Shown here: positions 25,730 to 34,440 of the stretch, piece after piece | Layout of the letters: every line of letters starts with the position of its first letter | How positions within the stretch are numbered: the stretch's first letter is position 1 | Source: Vectrevirus LI10P3 | Sequence record: OZ035798.1 | Length of the DNA stretch: 44,918 bases | Strand: one strand, 5' to 3' | Notes under the pieces: model-generated | Databases searched by the model: none | Told to the model about the DNA's origin: nothing | The model's input: the letters and a program-made list of their open reading frames with translations, nothing else | Position numbers and translations under genes: made by a program

Positions 25730-26729
25730 GCTTCGCAGCTTGTACAAAGACTCCGAGGTACTTGATGCAATCGAGCAAGCTACCGACGAGAAAGGTAATG
25801 TTAATTACAATGAGATGGCACGTGTATTATCGTGTCACCCTGTGGGTAAGAAGATTACCCGCCAGTTGGCTCGATACTGGCATGGTCAATTCAAGAAGAC
25901 CAAGAAGAATGGTGATTATTACCAGACCCTTCTGCAAGAAGATAAGCGTATCAAAGAAGAGCGTAAGCTCAGGACTCCTGACCGCTACGAGGATTTGGCT
26001 ATTGTACCATTGCCTGACTCGCCTCATCGAAGTGTATTGGTAATCCCTGATACTCATGCACCTTATGAGCATCCAGATACCTTAGAGTTCCTTGCAGCAG
26101 TCGCGGCACGTTACCGTCCAGACACAGTGGTACACCTAGGAGATGAGGCAGACAAACATGCCTTGTCATTCCACGATTCGGACCCAAATCTGGATAGTGC
26201 TGGCATGGAGTTAGAGAAGTCTCGTATCTTCATGCACAAATTGCACAAGATGTTCCCTGTGATGCGCCTGTGTCACTCCAACCACGGCTCTATGCACTTC
26301 CGTAAGGCAAGCGCCAAGGGCATCCCTGTGCAATACCTGCGCACCTACCGTGAAGTTTTCTTCCCGCAGGGAGGTGGCGACCAGTGGGATTGGCAACATA
26401 CGCACGTCCTTGAGTTGCCGAATGGTGAGCAAGTGGCATTCAAGCATCAACCTGCTGGCTCTGTCCTAGCGGATGCAGCGCATGAGCGTATGAACCTTGT
26501 GTGTGGTCACTTGCACGGTAAGATGTCTGTGGAGTACGCACGTAATACACATGAACAGTATTGGGCTGTGCAAGGTGGCTGCTTAATTGATGAGTCATCC
26601 CGTGCATTTGCCTATGGGCGTGAGTCTAAATACAAGCCAGCATTAGGTTGTGTGGTTATTCTGGAGGGTGTACCTCATATTGTCCCGATGCAAACCAATA
26701 GCGACAACCGTTGGATTGGCAAGATTTAG
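25722..26729 (+). CDS. Calcineurin-like metallophosphoesterase
   Basis: Motifs PDTHAPYEHPD, HLGDEADKHA, SNHGSMH, CGHLHG; proposed TTG start with GGAGG RBS, start uncertain. Confidence 0.65.
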   Translation: MGKLRSLYKDSEVLDAIEQATDEKGNVNYNEMARVLSCHPVGKKITRQLARYWHGQFKKTKKNGDYYQTLLQEDKRIKEERKLRTPDRYEDLAIVPLPDSPHRSVLVIPDTHAPYEHPDTLEFLAAVAARYRPDTVVHLGDEADKHALSFHDSDPNLDSAGMELEKSRIFMHKLHKMFPVMRLCHSNHGSMHFRKASAKGIPVQYLRTYREVFFPQGGGDQWDWQHTHVLELPNGEQVAFKHQPAGSVLADAAHERMNLVCGHLHGKMSVEYARNTHEQYWAVQGGCLIDESSRAFAYGRESKYKPALGCVVILEGVPHIVPMQTNSDNRWIGKI

Positions 26730-26746
26730 TTGACACTATAGAACAA
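26724..26746 (+). promoter_or_regulatory. Phage RNAP promoter
   Basis: ATTTAGTTGACACTATAGAACAA, SP6-like. Confidence 0.7.
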
Positions 26747-26829
26747 AGGGCTAGGTAAGACTTTATCGGCTGGCGTATCCAAATGATATTGCACTAGCCC
26801 TTGATTGTATAGTGAATGGAGGATTCAAT

Positions 26830-27333
26830 ATGTCACACTATGAATGTAAGAAGTGTCATAAGCGTTATGATTACTGTACTTGTGGTCAAGAGAAAACATC
26901 TTTTAAAGTTGGAGACAAGGTATTTCGTAATGAAAAAGATTCTATTCCTTGGAATCAATTCTGCAAAGAAGCTGGTATTGACCCTGATAGCCCTGTAACC
27001 ATAGATGATATTGATGGCATTAACTTGTGCTTTCGTGAGGTGAGGGGTACAGGTTGGGATTCCAAAAAATTCAAACTTGCATCTGATAAGTTAGACAACA
27101 ATATGGTAACTCAGCCTAAGCACTACGAGTTCTTTGATGGTGTAGAGGCAATCACTATCATTGCCCGCAGTATGACTGAAAAGCAATTCGCTGGGTACTG
27201 CATGGGTAATGCCCTTAAGTATCGCCTGCGTGCAGGTAAGAAGTTCAATACTGAAGAAGACTTGAAGAAGGCAGACTATTATAAAGAGTTATTCCAGAAG
27301 CATCGTCACGAATGTATTGATGAGGATATTTAA
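26830..27333 (+). CDS. gp1.7-like protein (DUF3310 C-terminal domain, putative nucleotide kinase) with N-terminal Cys cluster
   Basis: KHYEFFDGVEAITIIARSMTEKQFAGYCMGNALKYRLRAGKK...ADYYKELFQKH parallels the recalled T7 gp1.7 C-terminus; GGAGGA RBS. Confidence 0.65.
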   Translation: MSHYECKKCHKRYDYCTCGQEKTSFKVGDKVFRNEKDSIPWNQFCKEAGIDPDSPVTIDDIDGINLCFREVRGTGWDSKKFKLASDKLDNNMVTQPKHYEFFDGVEAITIIARSMTEKQFAGYCMGNALKYRLRAGKKFNTEEDLKKADYYKELFQKHRHECIDEDI

Positions 27334-27334
27334 T

Positions 27335-27508
27335 ATGGAAGGTAAACTGTATAGAGGGTACTTCGGTAACTTATATAAAGTAAGCTCTCGCGGTTTTGTA
27401 TTGACCTCTGATGATGAAGGTGCAATGTGGCACCTAAGTGCATATGGTTCTAACTTAGCACACTTTAAAGAGGCAATAGTCAAAGGTGTGATGAAGGAGG
27501 TGAAATGA
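27335..27508 (+). CDS. Hypothetical protein (57 aa)
   Basis: GAGGA RBS; couples to the ligase start. Confidence 0.4.
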   Translation: MEGKLYRGYFGNLYKVSSRGFVLTSDDEGAMWHLSAYGSNLAHFKEAIVKGVMKEVK

Positions 27509-28452
27509 ACATCTTCCAATTCCTAGGTCTTCCAGAAGACCACCGCAATCATCCATTCATGCTGGTGAAGCATCGCGGTGAAGTTCCTGAGAAGAAACTT
27601 ACTTTTCCATGTTATGCACAGGTGAAACGAGATGGAATATTCAGTGCTGTTGTGGTGCGCAATGATGGTGCTGTTGCCATCTTTGGTCGTACTGGTAAGA
27701 AGCTCGCAAATGTTGAATCCTTGGAAAAGACATTTAGTGTATTTCCTGTCGGGTTGTATCTTGGTGAGTTGCAATCTATGGCTGTTGATGTTTATCTTGA
27801 AGCTCTGTCAGGAGTGGTAAACCCTAATCGTACAGAGCCACTTGACTTCATAGGCCAGCAGATTAAAGACAACCTGTATATCGACTTCTTCGATATGTTA
27901 ACTATTAAGGCATTCCATGATGGATTCACTGATGTTTCTTATCTCAAACGTTACGATGCTTTACATCGCCGCATCGGCGCTCATCTTAGCGGGTACAACG
28001 CTATCCTTCCTATTACTCCTTGCCATAATGAGCGAGAAGTTGAAGCGTTTGCGCAAGAGCAGATAGACGCAGGCCGAGAAGGTGCGGTATTTAAACTTGA
28101 CGTGGAGTACGAAAGTGGGCACAAGGGCTATCGTCAAACGAAGATCGTTCGTATGGTATCTTACGACCTAACCTGTATTGGGTGGGAGGAAGGAAAAGGT
28201 AAGTATAAAGGTAAAGTAGCTAATTTAATCTTTAAATGGAAAGGTGGTAAGTCCGTTAAGGCTATGCTGGGGCGTGGCTGGTCACATGAGGATGCAGCAC
28301 AGATGTATCACGATATTAAACACGGTGGCGAACTAAACGTCATTGGGAAAATCTTCGCTGTTAAGGCGTTACAGGAATCTAGTAAGGGAGTTCTGAGACT
28401 TCCCAAGGTTTCTGAACTTAGGTTTGATAAGGAAGTCCCTGATGTCTTCTAA
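27505..28452 (+). CDS. ATP-dependent DNA ligase
   Basis: Adenylation motif I KRDG (AQVKRDGIF); 315 aa; GGAGGTG RBS. Confidence 0.85.
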   Translation: MNIFQFLGLPEDHRNHPFMLVKHRGEVPEKKLTFPCYAQVKRDGIFSAVVVRNDGAVAIFGRTGKKLANVESLEKTFSVFPVGLYLGELQSMAVDVYLEALSGVVNPNRTEPLDFIGQQIKDNLYIDFFDMLTIKAFHDGFTDVSYLKRYDALHRRIGAHLSGYNAILPITPCHNEREVEAFAQEQIDAGREGAVFKLDVEYESGHKGYRQTKIVRMVSYDLTCIGWEEGKGKYKGKVANLIFKWKGGKSVKAMLGRGWSHEDAAQMYHDIKHGGELNVIGKIFAVKALQESSKGVLRLPKVSELRFDKEVPDVF

Positions 28453-28927
28453 TCCAAATTATCGAAAACCACCTCGTACACCGCCAAGACCACTTGCCTA
28501 CTGTCCTTTTACTGGAAAGCTTTTCCGTAAGTTCAAAGATGGCTGGAGAGAAACAGGACTTAGCAGAAAGAGTGATGGATATTTACAGTGTAAAGTCGAT
28601 GGTAAGACTGTAAGTGTTCATGTTTTAGCAATGAATATGATGGGTTATGACACTACCGGCTTTACAGTAGATCACATAAATCATATACGCTGGGATAATA
28701 GGTTTATTAATCTACGTCTATTATCTCATAAAGATAATTGTTTAAATAGAGAGGCGATACATATAAGTAAGCTGCCGAGTGGTAACTACAGAGCGCGATG
28801 TGGAAATGTTCATCTTGGCGTATTTGAGGATAAGTTACTTGCTCGTGGTGCTATCCTATGGTATCGCCATAGGAGATTTAATAATGTTAAATTCAATGAA
28901 GGCAACGCGTGCCGTAGAAGTAGCTGA
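28442..28927 (+). CDS. HNH endonuclease
   Basis: VDHINHIRWDNRFINLRLLSHKDN motif; overlaps the ligase stop. Confidence 0.75.
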   Translation: MSSNPNYRKPPRTPPRPLAYCPFTGKLFRKFKDGWRETGLSRKSDGYLQCKVDGKTVSVHVLAMNMMGYDTTGFTVDHINHIRWDNRFINLRLLSHKDNCLNREAIHISKLPSGNYRARCGNVHLGVFEDKLLARGAILWYRHRRFNNVKFNEGNACRRSS

Positions 28928-29078
28928 AGCTATATTTGAAACTCTATCCTGTGGCATGGAAGTGCCATATACTTTACTGGCTGATGCAGAAGCGCTTGGT
29001 CTTTCTGTAGAAGCTATCCAAGAGAAGGTTGACGAATTATATGGTACAGACGAAGAAGAAACCGACGATTTCATTTGA
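28884..29078 (+). CDS. Hypothetical small acidic protein (64 aa)
   Basis: GGAG RBS; ends ...TDEEETDDFI; start uncertain. Confidence 0.3.
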   Translation: MLNSMKATRAVEVAEAIFETLSCGMEVPYTLLADAEALGLSVEAIQEKVDELYGTDEEETDDFI

Positions 29079-29207
29079 AGGAATGGAGATGCTTGAGATG
29101 ATTCTCAAGCCTTCTTCTCCTAAGGTGACTAAGACTCATGAAGAGTTAATCGTTGATGAGGTTAAGCGTTACATCATGGATTGTGTCAGAGCACAACTGG
29201 TGATCCA

Positions 29208-29669
29208 ATGATACGTCCAGCTTCCTTCCTAGATATTCCTGAGATTATAAACCTTGGGAATAAATATGTGGAAGAGGAAGTCAAGGTTGTAGCCCACCAC
29301 TCAGCCTCATGGAATGCAGAACAAAGTGCACATAACCTTTGTGCATCTCTTAGTAGAGAAGATTTATTCCTATGGGTTGCTGTAGATGAAGGGCAGATTG
29401 TAGGGTTCCTGTGGGCTGGCTATCACGAGTTGGCCCCTTGGACACCTGTAAGAGTTGCCTCTGACATTCTCTTTTATATTATACCAGAGAGGCGAGGAAC
29501 ACTTCTTGGTATGCGTCTCATCAAAGCCCTAAAGCAATGGGCTAGTGATAATGAATGCTCTGAGGTTCGCCTGTCTATCGCCTCTGGTATTAATGAAGAA
29601 CGTGTCGGACGTATGTATAAGCGACTTGGCTTTGAACCGTTTGGCACTGTGTATAACATGAAGTTCTAA
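29208..29669 (+). CDS. GNAT-family N-acetyltransferase
   Basis: 153 aa; acetyl-CoA-binding type motif RRGTLLGMRLIKAL and overall GNAT-like pattern. Confidence 0.55.
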   Translation: MIRPASFLDIPEIINLGNKYVEEEVKVVAHHSASWNAEQSAHNLCASLSREDLFLWVAVDEGQIVGFLWAGYHELAPWTPVRVASDILFYIIPERRGTLLGMRLIKALKQWASDNECSEVRLSIASGINEERVGRMYKRLGFEPFGTVYNMKF

Positions 29670-29678
29670 GGAGATAAC

Positions 29679-29888
29679 ATGGGTGTTGTAAAGAAAGCAT
29701 TTAAGGCTATCGGTCTTGCTCAAGATGCACCACGTATTGAAGCCAAAGTACCAGCACAGCAGCTTGAGCGTAAGCCTGAGACTGAAGCTGAAGATATTCA
29801 AATTGGTGCAGGTGGTGATGATGCGACTGCATCTGCAAAAGGTAAGCGCGGCCTTGTCCGTCCGGTAGCTTCTAGCTTGAAGGTGTGA
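29679..29888 (+). CDS. gp6.7-like small virion protein
   Basis: AAGGAGA RBS; Gly/Ala-rich, basic C-terminus; sits immediately before the portal gene. Confidence 0.45.
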   Translation: MGVVKKAFKAIGLAQDAPRIEAKVPAQQLERKPETEAEDIQIGAGGDDATASAKGKRGLVRPVASSLKV

Positions 29889-29889
29889 T

Positions 29890-31440
29890 ATGAAACAGAG
29901 CACAGATTTGGAGTATGGAGGTAAGAGATCTAAGATACCTAAGCTATGGGAGAAGTTCTCCACTAAACGTAGCTCTTTCCTTGATAGGGCGAAGCATTAC
30001 TCCAAATTAACCTTGCCCTATCTGATGAATGACAAAGGTGATAATGAGACTTCGCAGAATGGATGGCAAGGTGTGGGTGCTCAGGCAACTAATCATCTAG
30101 CCAACAAGCTAGCGCAAGTACTATTCCCTGCACAGCGTTCCTTCTTCCGTGTAGACTTAACTGCACAAGGTGAGAAGGTTCTTAATCAGCGTGGCCTGAA
30201 GAAGACAGAGCTAGCTACCATCTTCGCTCAAGTGGAAACACGGGCAATGAAAGAGTTAGAGCAACGTCAATTCCGGCCTGCTGTAGTAGAAGCATTTAAG
30301 CATCTTATTGTTGCTGGCAGCTGTATGCTATACAAGCCGAGCAAAGGTGCAATCAGTGCTATCCCAATGCATCACTACGTAGTTAACCGTGATACCAATG
30401 GCGACCTGTTAGACATTATCTTGCTACAAGAGAAAGCCTTACGTACCTTTGACCCAGCTACACGTGCTGTAGTAGAGGTTGGCCTGAAAGGTAAGAAGTG
30501 CAAGGAAGATGACAGCGTTAAGCTGTACACACATGCTAAGTATCTTGGTGATGGATTTTGGGAACTCAAGCAATCTGCTGATGATATCCCTGTGGGTAAG
30601 GTGAGTAAAATCAAATCAGAAAAGCTACCTTTCATCCCATTAACTTGGAAGCGAAGCTATGGTGAGGATTGGGGTCGCCCTCTTGCAGAGGATTACTCCG
30701 GTGATTTATTCGTTATCCAATTCTTATCTGAAGCGGTTGCCCGTGGTGCTGCGCTGATGGCAGATATCAAGTACCTGATTCGTCCGGGTGCTCAAACTGA
30801 TGTTGACCACTTTGTTAACTCTGGCACTGGTGAGGTTGTCACTGGTGTAGAAGAAGACATCCATATTGTACAGTTAGGTAAGTACGCAGACCTCACACCT
30901 ATTAGCGCGGTTCTAGAGGTATACACTCGCCGTATCGGTGTTGTCTTTATGATGGAGACAATGACACGCCGTGACGCCGAACGTGTTACTGCTGTAGAAA
31001 TCCAGCGAGATGCGTTAGAGATTGAGCAGAACATGGGTGGTGTATACTCCCTCTTTGCTACTACTATGCAATCGCCAGTAGCGATGTGGGGTCTGCTGGA
31101 GGCAGGGGAGTCCTTCACTAGTGACCTAGTGGACCCTGTGATTATCACAGGTATTGAAGCTTTAGGACGCATGGCTGAGTTGGATAAACTGGCTAACTTT
31201 GCCCAGTATATGTCACTGCCATTACAATGGCCTGAGCCTGTCCTAGCTGCTGTGAAATGGCCTGACTATATGGATTGGGTGCGTGGTCAAATCTCTGCTG
31301 AACTGCCGTTCCTTAAATCGGCTGAAGAGATGGCACAAGAACAGGAAGCACAGATGCAAGCACAGCAAGCACAGATGCTTGAAGAAGGTGTGGCTAAGGC
31401 CGTGCCGGGTGTAATTCAACAAGAACTTAAGGAGGCGTAA
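29890..31440 (+). CDS. Portal (head-tail connector, gp8-like)
   Basis: QNGWQGVGAQATNHLANKLAQVLFP and ERVTAVEIQRDALEIEQNMGGVYS blocks parallel recalled T7 gp8; 516 aa. Confidence 0.9.
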   Translation: MKQSTDLEYGGKRSKIPKLWEKFSTKRSSFLDRAKHYSKLTLPYLMNDKGDNETSQNGWQGVGAQATNHLANKLAQVLFPAQRSFFRVDLTAQGEKVLNQRGLKKTELATIFAQVETRAMKELEQRQFRPAVVEAFKHLIVAGSCMLYKPSKGAISAIPMHHYVVNRDTNGDLLDIILLQEKALRTFDPATRAVVEVGLKGKKCKEDDSVKLYTHAKYLGDGFWELKQSADDIPVGKVSKIKSEKLPFIPLTWKRSYGEDWGRPLAEDYSGDLFVIQFLSEAVARGAALMADIKYLIRPGAQTDVDHFVNSGTGEVVTGVEEDIHIVQLGKYADLTPISAVLEVYTRRIGVVFMMETMTRRDAERVTAVEIQRDALEIEQNMGGVYSLFATTMQSPVAMWGLLEAGESFTSDLVDPVIITGIEALGRMAELDKLANFAQYMSLPLQWPEPVLAAVKWPDYMDWVRGQISAELPFLKSAEEMAQEQEAQMQAQQAQMLEEGVAKAVPGVIQQELKEA

Positions 31441-32360
31441 TGTCTTTCTCATTTACTGAACCGTCAACCACTCACCCTACTGCTGAAGAGGGTCCGGTAG
31501 AAACCAAGGAGGTAACAACTGATGCTGCTACTACTGATGCTCCTGCTGACGCTGGCACTGCTGTACAAGATGACAATGCTGGTGCACAACCTACTGAAGA
31601 CACCGGAGGAGAAGCTTCTGGACAGCCTTCAGAAAAAGGAGACAATGGCGGAGAGAATGGTGAACCTAAGCCAGATGATACCACGACCGACACTGAGGAA
31701 GTGCAATACTTCTTCGGAGAACATGAAGTAACAGTAGACATCCCACAGGATGTAACTGACAGCCTTAAAGAGAAAGGCATTGATGCCAAGCAGGTTGCCA
31801 AGGAACTCTATTCCAAAGGTGGCAAGTTTGAACTGTCAGATGCAACCAAGCAGAAATTGTATGATGCTTTTGGCAAGTTTGCGGTAGATGCTTACCTGTC
31901 AGGTCTTAAGGCTCAAAATGAAGCCTTCTTCCTGAAAGAAGCCAACGCAGCTAAAGAGTTGGAAGCAGCTAACACCCAACGCTTCTCTGATGTTTCTAAG
32001 GAAATTGGTGGCGAAGAAGGTTGGTCCCGTCTTGAGGAGTGGGCACTTGAAGCGCTGTCTGATGACGAACTAATGGCATTCAATGCGGTGATGGAGTCTG
32101 GCAACCAGTACCTCCAGCAGTACGCTGTGCGTGAACTGGAGAGCCGCCGTAAGGCTGCACAGGGTGATGATAGGCCATCCCTGATTGAGCCATCAGCACC
32201 TGCTAAGGCTAATGAAGAGAATGGCCCACTGACGCGAGATCAGTACGTTCAAGCAATCGCAACTCTTAGCCAGAAGTACGGCAATGACCGTAAAGCTATG
32301 GCAGAAGCTCAGGCTAAACTGGACGCCCGTCGCCGTGCTGGCATGGCTCGCGGTATCTAA
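31440..32360 (+). CDS. Capsid assembly scaffolding protein (gp9-like)
   Basis: Acidic low-complexity N-terminus, helical C-terminus; position between portal and capsid. Confidence 0.75.
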   Translation: MSFSFTEPSTTHPTAEEGPVETKEVTTDAATTDAPADAGTAVQDDNAGAQPTEDTGGEASGQPSEKGDNGGENGEPKPDDTTTDTEEVQYFFGEHEVTVDIPQDVTDSLKEKGIDAKQVAKELYSKGGKFELSDATKQKLYDAFGKFAVDAYLSGLKAQNEAFFLKEANAAKELEAANTQRFSDVSKEIGGEEGWSRLEEWALEALSDDELMAFNAVMESGNQYLQQYAVRELESRRKAAQGDDRPSLIEPSAPAKANEENGPLTRDQYVQAIATLSQKYGNDRKAMAEAQAKLDARRRAGMARGI

Positions 32361-32366
32361 TTCAGT

Positions 32367-32389
32367 ATTTACTGGACACTATAGAAGGG
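32367..32389 (+). promoter_or_regulatory. Phage RNAP promoter (major late, capsid)
   Basis: ATTTACTGGACACTATAGAAGGG, perfect consensus upstream of the capsid gene. Confidence 0.9.
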
Positions 32390-32439
32390 AGAAAAGTTCT
32401 CCCTAGTTATCAATTTGATTTATAAGGAGATTATAATAC

Positions 32440-33648
32440 ATGTCTACACCGAATACTCTGACTAACGTTGCTGTATCTGCATCCGGTGAGGTTGACAGCC
32501 TTCTCATTGAGAAGTTTAATGGTAAGGTCAATGAGCAGTACCTGAAAGGTGAGAACATTCTGTCCTACTTTGATGTACAAACTGTTACTGGCACTAACAC
32601 AGTGAGCAACAAATATTTGGGCGAAACTGAGTTGCAGGTGCTAGCACCGGGTCAGTCTCCTAATGCCACCCCTACTCAGGCGGATAAAAACCAGTTGGTA
32701 ATTGATACCACTGTCATTGCTCGTAACACTGTGGCTCACATCCACGATGTACAAGGTGACATCGATAGCCTGAAACCAAAACTGGCTATGAACCAAGCCA
32801 AGCAACTGAAACGTCTGGAAGACCAGATGGCAATCCAGCAGATGCTGTTAGGCGGTATTGCTAACACCAAGGCCAAACGTAACAAGCCGCGTGTTAAAGG
32901 GCATGGCTTCTCTATCAACGTTAACGTAACTGAGAGTGAAGCACTGGCTAACCCTCAGTATGTTATGGCTGCGGTAGAGTATGCTCTGGAGCAACAGCTT
33001 GAGCAGGAAGTGGACATCTCTGATGTAGCTATCATGATGCCGTGGAAGTTCTTCAATGCTCTGCGTGATGCAGACCGAATTGTAGATAAGACTTACACTA
33101 TCAGCCAGTCTGGTGCAACCATTAATGGCTTCGTTCTCTCTTCTTATAACTGCCCTGTGATCCCGTCTAACCGATTCCCTACCTTCGCTCAGAATCAGGC
33201 TCACCACCTGCTGTCTAATGAAGATAACGGCTATCGTTATGACCCTATCGCAGAGATGAATGGTGCAGTTGCTGTTCTGTTCACTGCCGACGCACTGCTG
33301 GTGGGTCGTACCATTGAAGTGACTGGTGACATCTTCTATGAGAAGAAAGAGAAGACTTATTACATTGACACCTTCATGGCTGAGGGTGCAATCCCTGACC
33401 GTTGGGAAGCAGTGTCTGTAGTTACCACTAAACGTAATGCAACTACTGGTGCTGCTGAAGGTTCTGGTGATGATCACGCAACCGTACTGGCTCGTGCACA
33501 GCGTAAGGCTGTATATGTCAAAACCGAAGGTGCTGCGGCTGCATTCTCTGCTGCCCCAGCAGGTATCCAAGCGGAAGACCTTGTAGCGGCGGTACGTGCT
33601 GTAATGGCAAATGACATCAAGCCGACTGCAATGAAACCTGCTGAGTAA
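32440..33648 (+). CDS. Major capsid protein (gp10-like)
   Basis: AAGGAGA RBS; 402 aa; N-terminal pattern similar to recalled T7 gp10; followed by a strong terminator. Confidence 0.9.
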   Translation: MSTPNTLTNVAVSASGEVDSLLIEKFNGKVNEQYLKGENILSYFDVQTVTGTNTVSNKYLGETELQVLAPGQSPNATPTQADKNQLVIDTTVIARNTVAHIHDVQGDIDSLKPKLAMNQAKQLKRLEDQMAIQQMLLGGIANTKAKRNKPRVKGHGFSINVNVTESEALANPQYVMAAVEYALEQQLEQEVDISDVAIMMPWKFFNALRDADRIVDKTYTISQSGATINGFVLSSYNCPVIPSNRFPTFAQNQAHHLLSNEDNGYRYDPIAEMNGAVAVLFTADALLVGRTIEVTGDIFYEKKEKTYYIDTFMAEGAIPDRWEAVSVVTTKRNATTGAAEGSGDDHATVLARAQRKAVYVKTEGAAAAFSAAPAGIQAEDLVAAVRAVMANDIKPTAMKPAE

Positions 33649-33656
33649 TACCTATG

Positions 33657-33689
33657 CCCTATCTACCTTGCGTAGGTAGGGTTCTTTTT
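33657..33689 (+). terminator. Intrinsic terminator after the capsid gene
   Basis: CCCTATCTAC-cttgc-GTAGGTAGGG, 10 bp stem, then TTCTTTTT. Confidence 0.6.
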
Positions 33690-33702
33690 GTTAGGAGGAT
33701 TC

Positions 33703-34440
33703 ATGCCTGTTATTAAACAACAAAGTTACACTGGCTATACTGTCTCAGATGTAGCCTTTCAAGTGATTGATAGTAAGCTGGAGGCTGTTAACCTTTGTAT
33801 GCGAGCCATTGGTCGTGAGGGTGTGGATTCTCTCGACTCAGGCGACCTTGATGCTGAAGATGCTAGCAAAATGATTGATATCGTCTCCCAACGTTTCCAA
33901 TACAACAAAGGAGGTGGTTGGTGGTTTAACCGTGAGCCTAACTGGCAGCTTGCACCAGATACTAATGGTGAGGTTAACTTGCCTAATAACTGCCTAGCTG
34001 TATTGCAGTGCTACGCATTGGGTGAGAAGAAAGTGCCTATGACTATGCGTGCAGGTAAGCTTTACTCCACATGGAGTCACACCTTTGATATGCGCAAGCA
34101 TGTTAATGCTAATGGCATGATTCGTCTTACCTTACTTACCTTACTACCCTACGAGCATCTACCTACAAGTGTAATGCAGGCTATTGCCTATCAAGCTGCT
34201 GTAGAGTTTATTGTGTCTAAGGATGCAGATCAGACTAAGCTAGCCACTGCGCAGCAGATAGCCACTCAGCTTCTTATGGATGTACAATCTGAGCAAATGT
34301 CACAGAAGCGATTAAACATGCTGGTACATAACCCCACTCAGCGACAGTTTGGCATCATGGCTGGTGGCTCTCAGAATGTACCTGCTTACTCTCATTCACC
34401 TTATGATAGTTGGGCGCTCCGTCCGTGGGAGGATCGTTAA
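33703..34440 (+). CDS. Tail tubular protein A (gp11-like)
   Basis: GGAGGA RBS; position and size. Confidence 0.8.
   Translation: MPVIKQQSYTGYTVSDVAFQVIDSKLEAVNLCMRAIGREGVDSLDSGDLDAEDASKMIDIVSQRFQYNKGGGWWFNREPNWQLAPDTNGEVNLPNNCLAVLQCYALGEKKVPMTMRAGKLYSTWSHTFDMRKHVNANGMIRLTLLTLLPYEHLPTSVMQAIAYQAAVEFIVSKDADQTKLATAQQIATQLLMDVQSEQMSQKRLNMLVHNPTQRQFGIMAGGSQNVPAYSHSPYDSWALRPWEDR

Noticed and set aside
25590-26729. Track ORF 25590..26729 as a 379 aa protein
   Set aside because: The first ~45 codons overlap the endonuclease VII gene and are Arg-rich low complexity; a TTG at 25722 with a GGAGG RBS gives a sensible phosphoesterase start.
32440-33648. Programmed frameshift producing a longer capsid isoform (as in T7 gp10A/10B)
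   Set aside because: No obvious slippery heptamer or extended alternative frame was seen near the 3' end; cannot be excluded without a systematic scan.
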